From: an uncultured virus (IMG/VR IMGVR_UViG_3300028734_000019)
Taxonomy: Duplodnaviria > Heunggongvirae > Uroviricota > Caudoviricetes
IMG/VR virus record: IMGVR_UViG_3300028734_000019
Coordinates: 1-64,000 of that record
DNA length: 64,000 nt
Reading direction: 5' to 3' (one strand)
The notes beneath the pieces were generated by a model. It made no database searches, was not told where the DNA came from, and was given only the letters and a program-made list of their open reading frames with translations. Shown piece after piece: positions 35,899 through 46,504 of the stretch (position 1 is its first letter; the number at the start of each line of letters is the position of its first letter). The position numbers and the translations under genes are program-made.

Positions 35899-36291
35899 TT
35901 AATAATTGTCGTTACTCACCATTTGAATATATGTGTTAATTACTCCTGTAATTCCATATTTTTCAAATTTTTGACGTAATGCATCATCTTCTTCTGTTGT
36001 ACGATCTTTAAATTCTGTTACTTCTCCATCTTCTAATCCACCTAGTGAATCACCTACAATAAGAGTATTGTAATCTTTTTCTCCAAAATAATTACCATCT
36101 GCTTCAATTCTAAATTCATCATCAAGTTTATTTGAAAAAAATTCAAATTTATCATAATCATCTTCAATTTCTTCAAATTCTTCATTTTTTATATTCAAGC
36201 ATTTTGCTAAATCATATATTGTAAGTTTAATTCCTCTTACTACAAATGATGAACTACTTGAATTACTTACAAATCCATTTCTTATTTTCAT
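35899..36291 (-). CDS. GFVSNSSSSSF-leader family protein 5
   Basis: MKIRNGFVSNSSSSSFVVR. Confidence 0.8.
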   Translation of the reverse strand: MKIRNGFVSNSSSSSFVVRGIKLTIYDLAKCLNIKNEEFEEIEDDYDKFEFFSNKLDDEFRIEADGNYFGEKDYNTLIVGDSLGGLEDGEVTEFKDRTTEEDDALRQKFEKYGITGVINTYIQMVSNDNY

Positions 36292-36308
36292 ATTTTTAAT
36301 TTATTTTT

Positions 36309-36749
36309 TTAATAATCTCCTCCACTTTGAATGTGAATTAAATCATTGTTGACATTTATTCCTGTTTCACATAAATAAGTTTCTAATCCATCTCCAGAAT
36401 CATCAGATGCTGAACCTTCATAATAACGATATTCTTTTCTTAATATTCTTAACAAATCTTCTCTAGATATATTAGGATATCCTTGTTCAATTATTTCATC
36501 TATCATTTCTTCATCTGATAAATTCTTACCTGAATCACAATAATTTTCAAATATATCTTTAATGCTCATTTCTTTAAGATTGTTAATCATCCAATCCGAT
36601 AATCCATTTGCAAAGTTGAATAATATAGAATTTTCGTCTAAATCAAATAACTTCATAAGAATATTTTTTGATATTTTTTCTCCATTTTTAATAGTAACAA
36701 TAAAAGAACTACTGCTACTATTACTTACAAATCCATTTCTTACTTTCAT
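36309..36749 (-). CDS. GFVSNSSSSSF-leader family protein 6
   Basis: MKVRNGFVSNSSSSSFIVT. Confidence 0.8.
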   Translation of the reverse strand: MKVRNGFVSNSSSSSFIVTIKNGEKISKNILMKLFDLDENSILFNFANGLSDWMINNLKEMSIKDIFENYCDSGKNLSDEEMIDEIIEQGYPNISREDLLRILRKEYRYYEGSASDDSGDGLETYLCETGINVNNDLIHIQSGGDY

Positions 36750-36753
36750 AATT

Positions 36754-37107
36754 TTATTTCTTTTTTAAAATTTCATTGATTTTTTTAGTATCAGCAATAA
36801 TAATTTGTCCTTCATCTGGACCACCTTCAACCTCTGCAATTATGTATGGACGAATAACATCATTTAAACTATCAGGTAAATCATAATCTTCCACGTCATT
36901 AGATATTATATACTCATAAATATCATAATTATATAATCCATTTTCATCAATAAGTTTTTTCAATAATTCTTTAAACGTGTCTAATGGAAAATCTTCATCA
37001 CCATCAGTAATTTTATCATAATCAACAATTTCAAGAAAATTCTCAGGTAATAAAATTACAAAAGATGAGCTACTTGAGTTACTCACAAATCCACTTCTTA
37101 TTTTCAT
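36754..37107 (-). CDS. GFVSNSSSSSF-leader family protein 7
   Basis: MKIRSGFVSNSSSSSFVIL. Confidence 0.8.
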   Translation of the reverse strand: MKIRSGFVSNSSSSSFVILLPENFLEIVDYDKITDGDEDFPLDTFKELLKKLIDENGLYNYDIYEYIISNDVEDYDLPDSLNDVIRPYIIAEVEGGPDEGQIIIADTKKINEILKKK

Positions 37108-37152
37108 ATTATTTTTAATTTAATTATTTATATTCAATATTTTATTTATAGT

Positions 37153-37791
37153 TTATATTAATCTGTCAATTCCTATTGCAAATCCAACTCCTCCATCATA
37201 TTCTCCTCCTCCACAAATCTGTTTTGATGATCCTAATTTTTCGCAAGTTATTTCAAATCCCTTACCATTTTTGTAATAATCAAGTCCTCTTTTTACATCA
37301 TTGTTAATAACATAATCATCAATATTATCAGTGAAATTTTTTGTTAATAATTTCATTGCTAAATGTTGTAAGTTTGCTCCTTCTGATAGATAATCATGAG
37401 TAGGATTTAATATTTCAACTCCAAATTGAGTGAATTGACGAAATCTTCCATGCTGTGGTTTTTCTCCACGAAAGCATTCACAAACATAGAATAATAATAC
37501 ATCTTTTTCATTTTTGTATGTTGTTTTAGATAGTTTTTGAACAACTGCAGTATATTCAGGAGCTAAGCATAAATCTCTATCTCCTCTATCTTTAAAATTG
37601 TACATCATATTGTTATTTTCTTCTCCTACCTTATTTTGAAACAATTCTTGAAATTGAATGATTGGTATTTGAATTTCCTGAAAATGATATTCATCAATTA
37701 ATATTTTAATCATTGAATTTATTAATTCTCTTTTTTCTCCTCCGACTAAAATTCTAGTTCCTTTATAACAAGTTTCTTTTATTATTTTCAT
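37153..37791 (-). CDS. Minimal histidyl-tRNA synthetase-like catalytic domain (class II aaRS)
   Basis: LAPEYTA, FRGEKPQHGRFRQFTQFGVE (motif 2), RGLDYY, ICGGGEYD, GFAIGIDRL (motif 3). Ends at 212 aa with no anticodon-binding domain. Confidence 0.8.
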   Translation of the reverse strand: MKIIKETCYKGTRILVGGEKRELINSMIKILIDEYHFQEIQIPIIQFQELFQNKVGEENNNMMYNFKDRGDRDLCLAPEYTAVVQKLSKTTYKNEKDVLLFYVCECFRGEKPQHGRFRQFTQFGVEILNPTHDYLSEGANLQHLAMKLLTKNFTDNIDDYVINNDVKRGLDYYKNGKGFEITCEKLGSSKQICGGGEYDGGVGFAIGIDRLI

Positions 37792-38675
37792 TTATTGATT
37801 TCACTCCATTCTTTAAGTAAACTACCATATTTCCAACATTGTACAAGAATTGATTGAGCTGCATAAAACATTGATCCTGATATTCCTAAAAAATCCATTT
37901 CAAATGATGTTTTACTTGCAATTTCTTTTAGTAATTCAATATCAATTTCTTTACTTTTTGATTTTGCTTCTGATTGCATTAATTTAGCCCATCCTTCAGC
38001 ATATTCAAATACACAATTTCCGTATGAATCTTTATTTTTTAACTTCCAATCATCCCAATCTTTTTGATTTAATAGTTCAATATCAATTCCTTTTATTTTT
38101 TCTTTATACTTTCTTTTAACTTCAATATCTTTTTTGTGTTCTTCAATTCTTCTTTTTATAGATTTTTCCTCAGATATTTTTAATTTTTTTTCATACTCAA
38201 TTTTAGTTTTATCATCATATTCATCATCACATATAGGACCAATTTTAGCCCATTCCATCAAATGAGCATCATTATAATACTTATATAAATTATTGAGATT
38301 TGTACTTTTGTCAATTAAACAAATTATACCATTAAAATTGAAACTGCAAATTACGTTGTTTGTATTTGAGAAATTTTTTGCTGTTTCAGAAGTGTGATTA
38401 AAATCAGAACCACACATAACATCCATTCTCACACCTGGTGTAGACTGACTAATAATTTCTAAAATTTGTTGTTCTTCATAACTAATTTTTATGTTATTTA
38501 GAACTTTTAATTTTAATTTTCTTGGAATGTTATTATTAACACTGAAAGTTATATACTCACCATATTCGCATTCATGATAACTTGAAAATTTTATATTAGT
38601 TACAATAAGATATTTAATAAAAAGATAATTTTTATCTTTTTTGTCTTTTATTGTATATGTGAAATATTTATTCAT
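37788..38675 (-). CDS. Hypothetical two-part protein; N-terminal part related to 38961
   Basis: Internal RKLKL followed by a similar helix (EQQILEIISQS versus EDLILSFIEKS). Confidence 0.55.
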   Translation of the reverse strand: MNKYFTYTIKDKKDKNYLFIKYLIVTNIKFSSYHECEYGEYITFSVNNNIPRKLKLKVLNNIKISYEEQQILEIISQSTPGVRMDVMCGSDFNHTSETAKNFSNTNNVICSFNFNGIICLIDKSTNLNNLYKYYNDAHLMEWAKIGPICDDEYDDKTKIEYEKKLKISEEKSIKRRIEEHKKDIEVKRKYKEKIKGIDIELLNQKDWDDWKLKNKDSYGNCVFEYAEGWAKLMQSEAKSKSKEIDIELLKEIASKTSFEMDFLGISGSMFYAAQSILVQCWKYGSLLKEWSEINK

Positions 38676-38957
38676 CTATTTTAATTTTATTAATCCTAAT
38701 CCTGAATCATCAGTATTCCACAATTCAAATTGTATTTTTTTAATATTAATTATAATCTCTTTATCAATATCATAATCTTTATTTAGGATTATAATTAAAT
38801 TATCATAAGCGTCAGATTGAGCTTTTTTGCAGATATAAACTGCATCACTTCTATCTAAAAATTTTCTATTATCAAAATCATTATTTAGTAAATTTTTCCA
38901 AAATCTACCAGAACCAATTTGTCTAATAAAAATATCTTTCCATGTATCTTCTTTCAT
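38676..38957 (-). CDS. Hypothetical protein
   Basis: 93 aa ORF in the operon. Confidence 0.55.
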   Translation of the reverse strand: MKEDTWKDIFIRQIGSGRFWKNLLNNDFDNRKFLDRSDAVYICKKAQSDAYDNLIIILNKDYDIDKEIIINIKKIQFELWNTDDSGLGLIKLK

Positions 38958-38960
38958 AAA

Positions 38961-39413
38961 TTATCTACGATAGTTTCTGTTATTGTTGTATTGTTTTATT
39001 TTTTGACTATACATTTTTGATTTGTTTTTGTTGCTTTCTAATTTTTCAACTCTTAACATTTCTCTTTCTTCAAATAGTATATCATTTCCAACATCTGAGT
39101 TATACCAATAATTAGGATTAGGATAATGAAATTCTTTTTTATCATTAAGAGTCTTTGATTTTTCAATAAAACTTAATATTAAATCTTCTTTGCTATTATG
39201 TTTTATTTGATTTGCTACACTCATCAATTTCAATTTACGTATCAATTTAATATCAATACTATAATTTACAACACAGGTAAATGTGCTATTAAATTTCAGA
39301 CCAGGATATTCTATTTTTACAAACTTATAAATTTCTCCTTTATAATATTTAAGACGAGGACCATTAAATCCTGATGCATCGAAAGTTAAAAATAAAACAT
39401 TTTCATCAATCAT
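38961..39413 (-). CDS. Hypothetical protein
   Basis: 150 aa, internal IRKLKL. Confidence 0.55.
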   Translation of the reverse strand: MIDENVLFLTFDASGFNGPRLKYYKGEIYKFVKIEYPGLKFNSTFTCVVNYSIDIKLIRKLKLMSVANQIKHNSKEDLILSFIEKSKTLNDKKEFHYPNPNYWYNSDVGNDILFEEREMLRVEKLESNKNKSKMYSQKIKQYNNNRNYRR

Positions 39414-39712
39414 TTTTCTAAATCTTTTTTAGCGATATATTCAACAACTTCTTTTGATTTTTTAATCTCAGATATTACCAATAAATATAATGAATCTTTG
39501 ATAACTATTTTTTCTCCGTCAGATGAACTTTCTAACATTGTTAATAAATTATATATAGGACTTAATTTATTTCGAACAGACGCAAGTTCTTCAAATTGAA
39601 TTTTTTCAATCTCTTTTAATAAGTCTTGTTTATCATTCCAGCTTGATGATGGTTGTTGTTCAGAATCAAATTTCCAAAAACTATTTACTAAATTTAAAAT
39701 ATTTTTTTGCAT
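39410..39712 (-). CDS. Hypothetical protein
   Basis: 100 aa ORF. Confidence 0.5.
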   Translation of the reverse strand: MQKNILNLVNSFWKFDSEQQPSSSWNDKQDLLKEIEKIQFEELASVRNKLSPIYNLLTMLESSSDGEKIVIKDSLYLLVISEIKKSKEVVEYIAKKDLEK

Positions 39713-39719
39713 ATGATTA

Positions 39720-39974
39720 TTATTTTGTGAGTTCTAATTCTTTTAATTTTTTATATCTCAATATCTTAATATTATAATCTTTCATTTTTTTAATAAATAT
39801 TTCTTCATCAGTAAAGCTTCCTAGATAATTATCGTAACCTCCGTAATATAAATGAAATTCGTTATGTGTCTGAAATTCCACAAACTTTACTCTAAAACTA
39901 TTATATCTATGATAAAAAATATTATCTTCAATATCGAAAAAGAAATTATTAAGACTTAGTGTAAATATTGTCAT
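39720..39974 (-). CDS. Hypothetical protein with RxxKLxxL tag
   Basis: Ends LRYKKLKELELTK. Confidence 0.55.
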   Translation of the reverse strand: MTIFTLSLNNFFFDIEDNIFYHRYNSFRVKFVEFQTHNEFHLYYGGYDNYLGSFTDEEIFIKKMKDYNIKILRYKKLKELELTK

Positions 39975-40277
39975 TTATAATATTATTAAAGATACAAACT
40001 ATTTTTGTAATTACCAAATTATTTTTCAATTTTTTTTATTTCGTACCCTATTTTATTCAATTCACTTACTATATCTTCCACCATCTTCTCAGCTTCTTCT
40101 ACTTGAAGTACTGCATATAATCCTTCTTTGTTTTCTGTCCATCTCATAATATAAATAGCATTATAAAGTGCAGAATCAATTAATTCCAATTCTTCTTTAA
40201 AAGATAAATCTTCTATTTTTATTTTCATTTTTTAAAAAATTAAATTTGATAATAAATATATACAATAAAAATAAACT

Positions 40278-40760
40278 ATGAATAATTTAATTTTATATTT
40301 AATTATGAATACTTTTTTCATTTCATATGTATTATCAATGTTTTTAACATATGGAGTATTGTCATCAGTTTCATTGAGTTATTATAAACTTCCAAGAAAT
40401 TTACAATTTCTTTTTACTATTGCGATGTGGGGATATGCAATTCCTGCTATTATGATTGGAGTTCCGTTATCTGGATTGATGTTTTTAGCTGGATCAGGTA
40501 TATGCTTTGTTGGTGCTGCTCCTGCTTTTAAAGATTTAAAAATGGAAAATACAGTTCACTCAATTGGAGCTATAGTTGGTATATTTTTCTCCCAAATATT
40601 TATTACATTCATTATGAATCAATGGTATTTAACTGCAGGCTTATTGTTATTGACTGCTATAACATATTTAATACCAAAAATGAAGCCAAATATAGTTTGG
40701 TGGATAGAAATATTTACATTTTTAACTGTTTCAATATCATATTTTTTATTAATATTCTAA
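40278..40760 (+). CDS. Multi-pass membrane protein
   Basis: About 5-6 hydrophobic segments; TATATA upstream. Confidence 0.7.
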   Translation: MNNLILYLIMNTFFISYVLSMFLTYGVLSSVSLSYYKLPRNLQFLFTIAMWGYAIPAIMIGVPLSGLMFLAGSGICFVGAAPAFKDLKMENTVHSIGAIVGIFFSQIFITFIMNQWYLTAGLLLLTAITYLIPKMKPNIVWWIEIFTFLTVSISYFLLIF

Positions 40761-40790
40761 ATTTAGAATATTAATAAAAAATTATATAAA

Positions 40791-41867
40791 TTAAATTTCA
40801 TAAATTGAACAACTTTTAGCACAGTTCCTACATTTTATGACACCATCACGGAATTTTTTTGTTTTTTCATTTTGCCAAATATCTTCAATGAAATCATTAC
40901 AATCAATTACAGATAATCCTTTTTCCCAACCTTCTGTATCAGGTGAAAATGAACATGGAAAGAAATTGCCATTGACATCAACATATAAGCTATATAGTGT
41001 GCTTTCACAAGGTTCTGCACATTGAATCATTTTTTCTTCATTTACATGTCCTTTAATTGCTTTCATGAATTTTTGTGCTGAGCAAGAATCAAATCCCATA
41101 GGAACAGAATTAGTAAGAGCATAATTAGTAAGATTAGAAAATTGTTCTTGAGTCAATTGATGAAATTTGCCTTTGCTTCTACCTTTTGTTTTTAAACTCA
41201 AAAATACTAATGCTCCTAATTTTTCAAGTCTTGGATCAGTTTTTATATCATCCATTATTTCAAATGCCTTTTCATATGTTTCTTGACTAATCATATAGTG
41301 AATATTCACTTGTTTCATTCCACGATCAGTAAGTTTTTTAATAGCGTCATATGATAGATTTTTATCATAAATAGAAACTGCACATGCTCCGCACATCTCA
41401 GAAATTTTATCAAATTCATCATCATCAACGTCACCATTTATTGTCAAATTTGGTGTGACACCATTATCTTTCGCATATTTGAAAATTTCCCACATTTCAG
41501 GATGTCTTCTCAATGTACCACAACCAAATGCGATTTGTCCAATACTTGATGGTAATTTATCGAAAACTTTTTTGAATGTTTCTAATGACATATTATGTCC
41601 ATGATTACCATTACTCTTATAGCAGAATTTACATGGCCCTATTCCAGGAACACCTTCACAAATTTCAGCAATTTCGATATCTGCAATTTCAGGTAATCCA
41701 AGATTTAAATCTCCATCATCTTCTTCTGTTTTACCCCATCTGGCAAAGAATCCTGTTTTTTTATTAAATAGAAAATTGTAGTTTTCTGATTTTAAAATTT
41801 TCACTTCATTGTTATCAACAATTAGTGCTTTTTCTCCGTTTGCCAGTTTTAAATTAGTTTTTTTCAT
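40791..41867 (-). CDS. Radical SAM enzyme with C-terminal SPASM/twitch-like domain
   Basis: CEGVPGIGPCKFCY (CX8CX2C), MSLETFKKV, then PCES ... YVDVNGNFFPCSF ... CRNCAKSC. Confidence 0.85.
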   Translation of the reverse strand: MKKTNLKLANGEKALIVDNNEVKILKSENYNFLFNKKTGFFARWGKTEEDDGDLNLGLPEIADIEIAEICEGVPGIGPCKFCYKSNGNHGHNMSLETFKKVFDKLPSSIGQIAFGCGTLRRHPEMWEIFKYAKDNGVTPNLTINGDVDDDEFDKISEMCGACAVSIYDKNLSYDAIKKLTDRGMKQVNIHYMISQETYEKAFEIMDDIKTDPRLEKLGALVFLSLKTKGRSKGKFHQLTQEQFSNLTNYALTNSVPMGFDSCSAQKFMKAIKGHVNEEKMIQCAEPCESTLYSLYVDVNGNFFPCSFSPDTEGWEKGLSVIDCNDFIEDIWQNEKTKKFRDGVIKCRNCAKSCSIYEI

Positions 41868-42120
41868 ATTTTTTCAAGTTGTTTAATTTTTGTCTTCTTT
41901 CAAATTTCAATGATGTTTCAAATAATCCAATATAATATAATGAATATGGTTTTTCTTTTATTCCAACACGTATAATGACATTATCAATTAATCCTTTATG
42001 TATCTCAGATATAGTATAAGTTTCATCAACACTCAAATCTGATGGTATTCCAAATTCCTCAAATATATTTGAAGGTTTTTTTAGAATAATTTTATCTCCA
42101 ATATTCAAATTTGTTATCAT
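41854..42120 (-). CDS. Small SH3/KOW-like protein with RxxKLxxL tag
   Basis: LNIGDKIIL ... ERRQKLNNL. Confidence 0.55.
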   Translation of the reverse strand: MITNLNIGDKIILKKPSNIFEEFGIPSDLSVDETYTISEIHKGLIDNVIIRVGIKEKPYSLYYIGLFETSLKFERRQKLNNLKKYEKN

Positions 42121-42136
42121 TTTTTATACTAATTAT

Positions 42137-44150
42137 TTAGCATTCAAATTTTTCAATTTCATTTATTTCATTTATATCACAAAAATGAGTTTTCAAAACA
42201 TCTAATGCTGAATTGAAATTGTTTTCAGTGGTATCTACGACATCTTTATATTCTGATGAGCTATCAGCAAATAAAATTGTCCAGCCATTTTCTCCTGCAT
42301 CAATTGTTACTGTTAATTGACCAGCTCCAACTTTAAAACTTTTACTTTTTTTTACCTCACTTGAAGGCATCATACCAAAAAATCTATTCATATTTTCAAT
42401 TTTTAATTATTTTATTCTTCTATTCTTTTATCAACTTTTCTTTTTGATGCATTATAGAATCCTAATCTTTTAATTTTTATTGTTTTGTTTTTTAACCAAC
42501 TTTTAACACAATAAGAATTTTTCAATTTCCTTTTTTTGTTTTCTGATGACATAATTTTATTTTTTAAAGTGAAAATACAAAATCCGCTGACATTTTATGC
42601 TCAACTTGTTCTCCAATACTATTTTGAAAAGTGAAATATAAACTATGAATATATTCAGTCTTCAAAAATTTATAAGTTTCATCACCTTCAAATAAATCAT
42701 CCAATAAACAAGCTTCTTCTATTATATAATCAATAACTTCTTTAGACTCTAATTTATCTTTTATTTCATTATAAGCATTAATATATGTATCTGTGTTTTC
42801 AACTTTAAAAACAAGCCCATTAGATACCCAGTAATCTTCTCTGTCTACATTTGAGAATAAAATTGCATTTTTAGTTTTCATATTTTTATTTTTCGAATAA
42901 ATTATCTGGAAATATAGTCTTATCTATTTTATTGAGTCTTTCAGTTAACTCTTTATCCTTTTTTATTTTATTTTTTAGCATAACTTTACAGACTTTATCA
43001 ATTTCTTCAATTATATTATTGATAAATCCTAACTTGATAACTTTTATTTCATCTCCGTTATCAATGATTGCTACTATTGATTTTTTTTTATATTTGAGTT
43101 CAATTTCAACTTCATATTCATCAACTAATTTTAAAATTTTACTTTCCATAATTTATAGTATTTAATTTTTATTGTCAAATCTCTTTCAAAACTCCATATT
43201 TAATTAAATCTGTATAATCAAATGTGGTTACATTACTTTTAATTAAACATTCAGAAATTATAATATGTGAGCCATATTTTTTTTCATGATTAAATATGAT
43301 TTGTTTATCTCCATATTGTTTCATAAATTTTTTATTGTCCGATATACAAGGATACCATTCTACATTTTTATCAAGATAACATTCCATATCTTTAGAATAT
43401 TTTAATAATAAGCCATCCTTTGTTTTTTCGTGAATCATATTTAATAATTCATCTTCGTTTAGATTAGAACAAATAAATTCAGTCGATAATGTTTCTAATT
43501 TTGTTTCTAAATCTCTAAACTTTGTTATTTTATATATGTTCATATATTTTAATATTTTATTTCTATAATTATTGATTTAAAAATAATCATTAGTTTATTT
43601 TTTCTTTATTTCTCAATAACTTCAACTGTTTCATCTGAATGAATGAAAAGTTCATTATCATTATCAGGATCATCTGTTTTAAAAGTGATGTAATAATCTT
43701 TAAATGCTCCATTACATTCAAATGGACCATCAACAATAAGAATAGTTTTTTTTGTTCTTTTCATTGTTCTTTCACTTATAAAAGGTCTTACTAAGTCTCC
43801 AGCCTTTAATTCATTTGCAGGTATTATCATACTATTTATTTTTTTACAGCTAAAATAGCATTACCACAAGAGTTATATACTTCAATACCAACATAAATTG
43901 AATCTTCATGTAACGTGAAATAATCACGACTACTACCTACTGTATAAACTCCGTTGATACCAGTTTTGTAATAATTAGTTTTGTCAATAATAGAAGTTTC
44001 TTTCCAACTATTATCATTACAACTTTCAACACAATCTGTCATTCCATCAAATGAACTAATATTTTTTACGAATAGATTTTCACTATTTCTTTTTGCAAAT
44101 CCTTTTAATGTTGCAAGCGTAATTTTTTTTGTGTCTTTTAACTGTTTCAT
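42137..44150 (-). other. Run of small hypothetical genes (42137, 42564, 42886, 43175, 43606, 43836) behind a TATCTTTG promoter element at about 44174-44181
   Basis: Tightly packed co-oriented 74-122 aa ORFs with no recognisable motifs. Confidence 0.55.
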
Positions 44151-44242
44151 ATTGTTTATGTTTTAATTGAATACAAAGATACTAATAATAATTATATAAA
44201 CAAAAAATCATAAATAAATTTATGATTTTTTAATTATCAGAA

Positions 44243-44824
44243 TTAATCTTCGTGTAGACTCCACAACAGAAGTTTATCTCCAAAAGATATTGAATCAATT
44301 TCTACAATATCAGAGTCTTTTAGATAATGATTTTCAATCTTCAAATTTGGTTCGTCTAAATATTTTTCAATATCATCACACATCCAGCCACCCCAAGATT
44401 CCAAATCAGACCTAAATTCATCAACACCCTGATAAATCAAATTAGCATATGCATCACTATCTTCTTTGTCTACTTTGGTGGTTATCCATTTACCTGATTG
44501 ATATTCATCTAATAGATATTCAGAAAATTCTTTTTGACTTTTAATTTTATCAATTGTTTTAATTTTACCACTATTTCCACCTGTGAAATTTTTAAAATTT
44601 GTAATCATACTAAAATCTTTATCACTAACTTCAAAAATTTCAGAGTCACTAGATCTTACATATATTTCTCTATTTGAAACTTTGTTTTGAAATTTGCGTA
44701 TGATATTATCATCTTTTCCTGATTTTGAAATTCTTTTCCAATCTTTTGAATTTGTGAAATTATTTTCTTTCTCAATTAGATATTTAACTATTGAGTTAAT
44801 ACAATCTTCTGTGGTTACTTTCAT
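44243..44824 (-). CDS. Hypothetical protein
   Basis: 193 aa ORF. Confidence 0.6.
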   Translation of the reverse strand: MKVTTEDCINSIVKYLIEKENNFTNSKDWKRISKSGKDDNIIRKFQNKVSNREIYVRSSDSEIFEVSDKDFSMITNFKNFTGGNSGKIKTIDKIKSQKEFSEYLLDEYQSGKWITTKVDKEDSDAYANLIYQGVDEFRSDLESWGGWMCDDIEKYLDEPNLKIENHYLKDSDIVEIDSISFGDKLLLWSLHED

Positions 44825-44826
44825 TT

Positions 44827-45612
44827 TTATAAATTATATTTTTTTGAGTCTTTTTTTAACTCTTTTTTTTCCAAATATTCAACATAAAATTCCAGAACAT
44901 TAAAATCAACAGGAATTCCAACTTTTGAATTATTGTCATATCTAATGATTTTAACATTTTTACAATCATTTTTACTTAATGTTGTTGAACTAGAATCCGA
45001 AATGTAATATGGCACACCATCTTCATTATCATTATCATTATCATTACTATTTTGAAACCCAAATGCATTTAGTAAAGCAAGCTTGATTCTTCCCATGTTA
45101 GTATAATATTTTGATTTCAATGGTTCTCCGTTTAAGAATATCTTATACTTAGAAACAACTAAATTTTCATCTTTAGCTTCACCAACCAAGCAAGTTCTAA
45201 AATCAGATAACTTTGCTTCAAATTTTTCACCAGCATATGGACCATCTAAAATTTCAATTATCAAATTGTATTTTTCATCGACAACTTTAATTTTTGTGTC
45301 TTTTTTAATAGTAAATGCTGGTTTTGGGCTACCACCTTTTGATAATGCATACTCATACAACCAATCTTTTTTCTGTTTACTCATATAGTCCAATTTAGAT
45401 GTGTCAGCTACCCAAGAATCAGCGCCATTTGGTAAATTACAGCCATTTTCATCATTTTTAATACGATGATCACACACCCATTTATAATAGTAGTGTAAAT
45501 CAAAATCCTTTGCTGCTCTCCAATCAATGTCTAATTTCATTGTTTGCTTAGTAAAAGGTACTTTTGATTGAACTGTAGAATTATGTTCGTCAAATGTTTT
45601 TATTTTTTTCAT
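44827..45612 (-). CDS. Putative virion-internal protein (MKKIKTFDE ... SKKYNL)
   Basis: Same N- and C-terminal motifs as the 2748-4753 cluster; TATATA upstream. Confidence 0.55.
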   Translation of the reverse strand: MKKIKTFDEHNSTVQSKVPFTKQTMKLDIDWRAAKDFDLHYYYKWVCDHRIKNDENGCNLPNGADSWVADTSKLDYMSKQKKDWLYEYALSKGGSPKPAFTIKKDTKIKVVDEKYNLIIEILDGPYAGEKFEAKLSDFRTCLVGEAKDENLVVSKYKIFLNGEPLKSKYYTNMGRIKLALLNAFGFQNSNDNDNDNEDGVPYYISDSSSTTLSKNDCKNVKIIRYDNNSKVGIPVDFNVLEFYVEYLEKKELKKDSKKYNL

Positions 45613-45642
45613 ATAATAATTTTATTTCTATATATTTTAAAT

Positions 45643-46461
45643 TTATTTATTTTCAGGAAAAATATACTCCAAATAATATCTTGTCAATGAATAGATATCA
45701 GACCATTCTGCCTTACTACCAGGAAAATTTGTATTAATGAATGATAAGCCAGTACTATAAAAATACTCTTCATCAATATCTTTTTTTACTTCTGTTATCT
45801 TATATGCATCACCTAACATATCACCAACATTAAATTCAGCTATTTTATTAGCCATTTCGTTTTCAGAAAATAATTCGCAATTCATACGAAAGACTTCATC
45901 ACATGCAAAAAGTAATAAATCTAAGCTGTGAGTATTTTCTCCTATTTGAGCTATTTTAACTTCTGTATATTCAGGTCTAACCAATGAAAGAGGATTCCAA
46001 ATTGTATGTACGTTATCTTTTTTAATTATTTCTAATAGTGAAGGAAAAATTTCCTCCATTGTTAAATAATTATTATCACAATGCTCGTCACTTGTTTTGT
46101 CATCCATTTTTTTACGATCATCATTGATTGTAAAAACAGACATTCTACTATGATATGAAATCTCTTTATCTTTATTAATACAAATAAATGTGAAATGACC
46201 ACCATATTGTCTTACCAATAATTGAATATCATCTTTAACTAAGAAAAACCAATCATAATTTTTACCCTCCCTAATTTTTATATCATCAAAAGAGAATTTA
46301 TCATCAACAGTGTTGATAGGTAAATACTTTAGTAAATAATCAAAACTATATTTTAACTTCTTAATAAGTTTATTTTCATAAACTATGTCATTTTTAAAAC
46401 TGTCTTCACTGAACTTAAAAATTTCTTTTAGCATTTTGTTTATGTTTTTAATTATGTACAA
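45643..46461 (-). CDS. Hypothetical protein
   Basis: 272 aa ORF. The true start is probably the second Met, since a TATCTTTG element overlaps the first. Confidence 0.6.
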   Translation of the reverse strand: MYIIKNINKMLKEIFKFSEDSFKNDIVYENKLIKKLKYSFDYLLKYLPINTVDDKFSFDDIKIREGKNYDWFFLVKDDIQLLVRQYGGHFTFICINKDKEISYHSRMSVFTINDDRKKMDDKTSDEHCDNNYLTMEEIFPSLLEIIKKDNVHTIWNPLSLVRPEYTEVKIAQIGENTHSLDLLLFACDEVFRMNCELFSENEMANKIAEFNVGDMLGDAYKITEVKKDIDEEYFYSTGLSFINTNFPGSKAEWSDIYSLTRYYLEYIFPENK

Positions 46462-46504
46462 AGATACTAATTAAATTTGATATAAAAAAATAATATATAA
46501 CTTT

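Noticed and set aside
32116..37107. Repeated 5' gene ends as a DNA repeat, recombination cassette or DGR system
   Set aside because: The copies differ at synonymous sites, including TCN/AGY switches. No reverse transcriptase, recombinase or template/variable repeat pair is present in the window.
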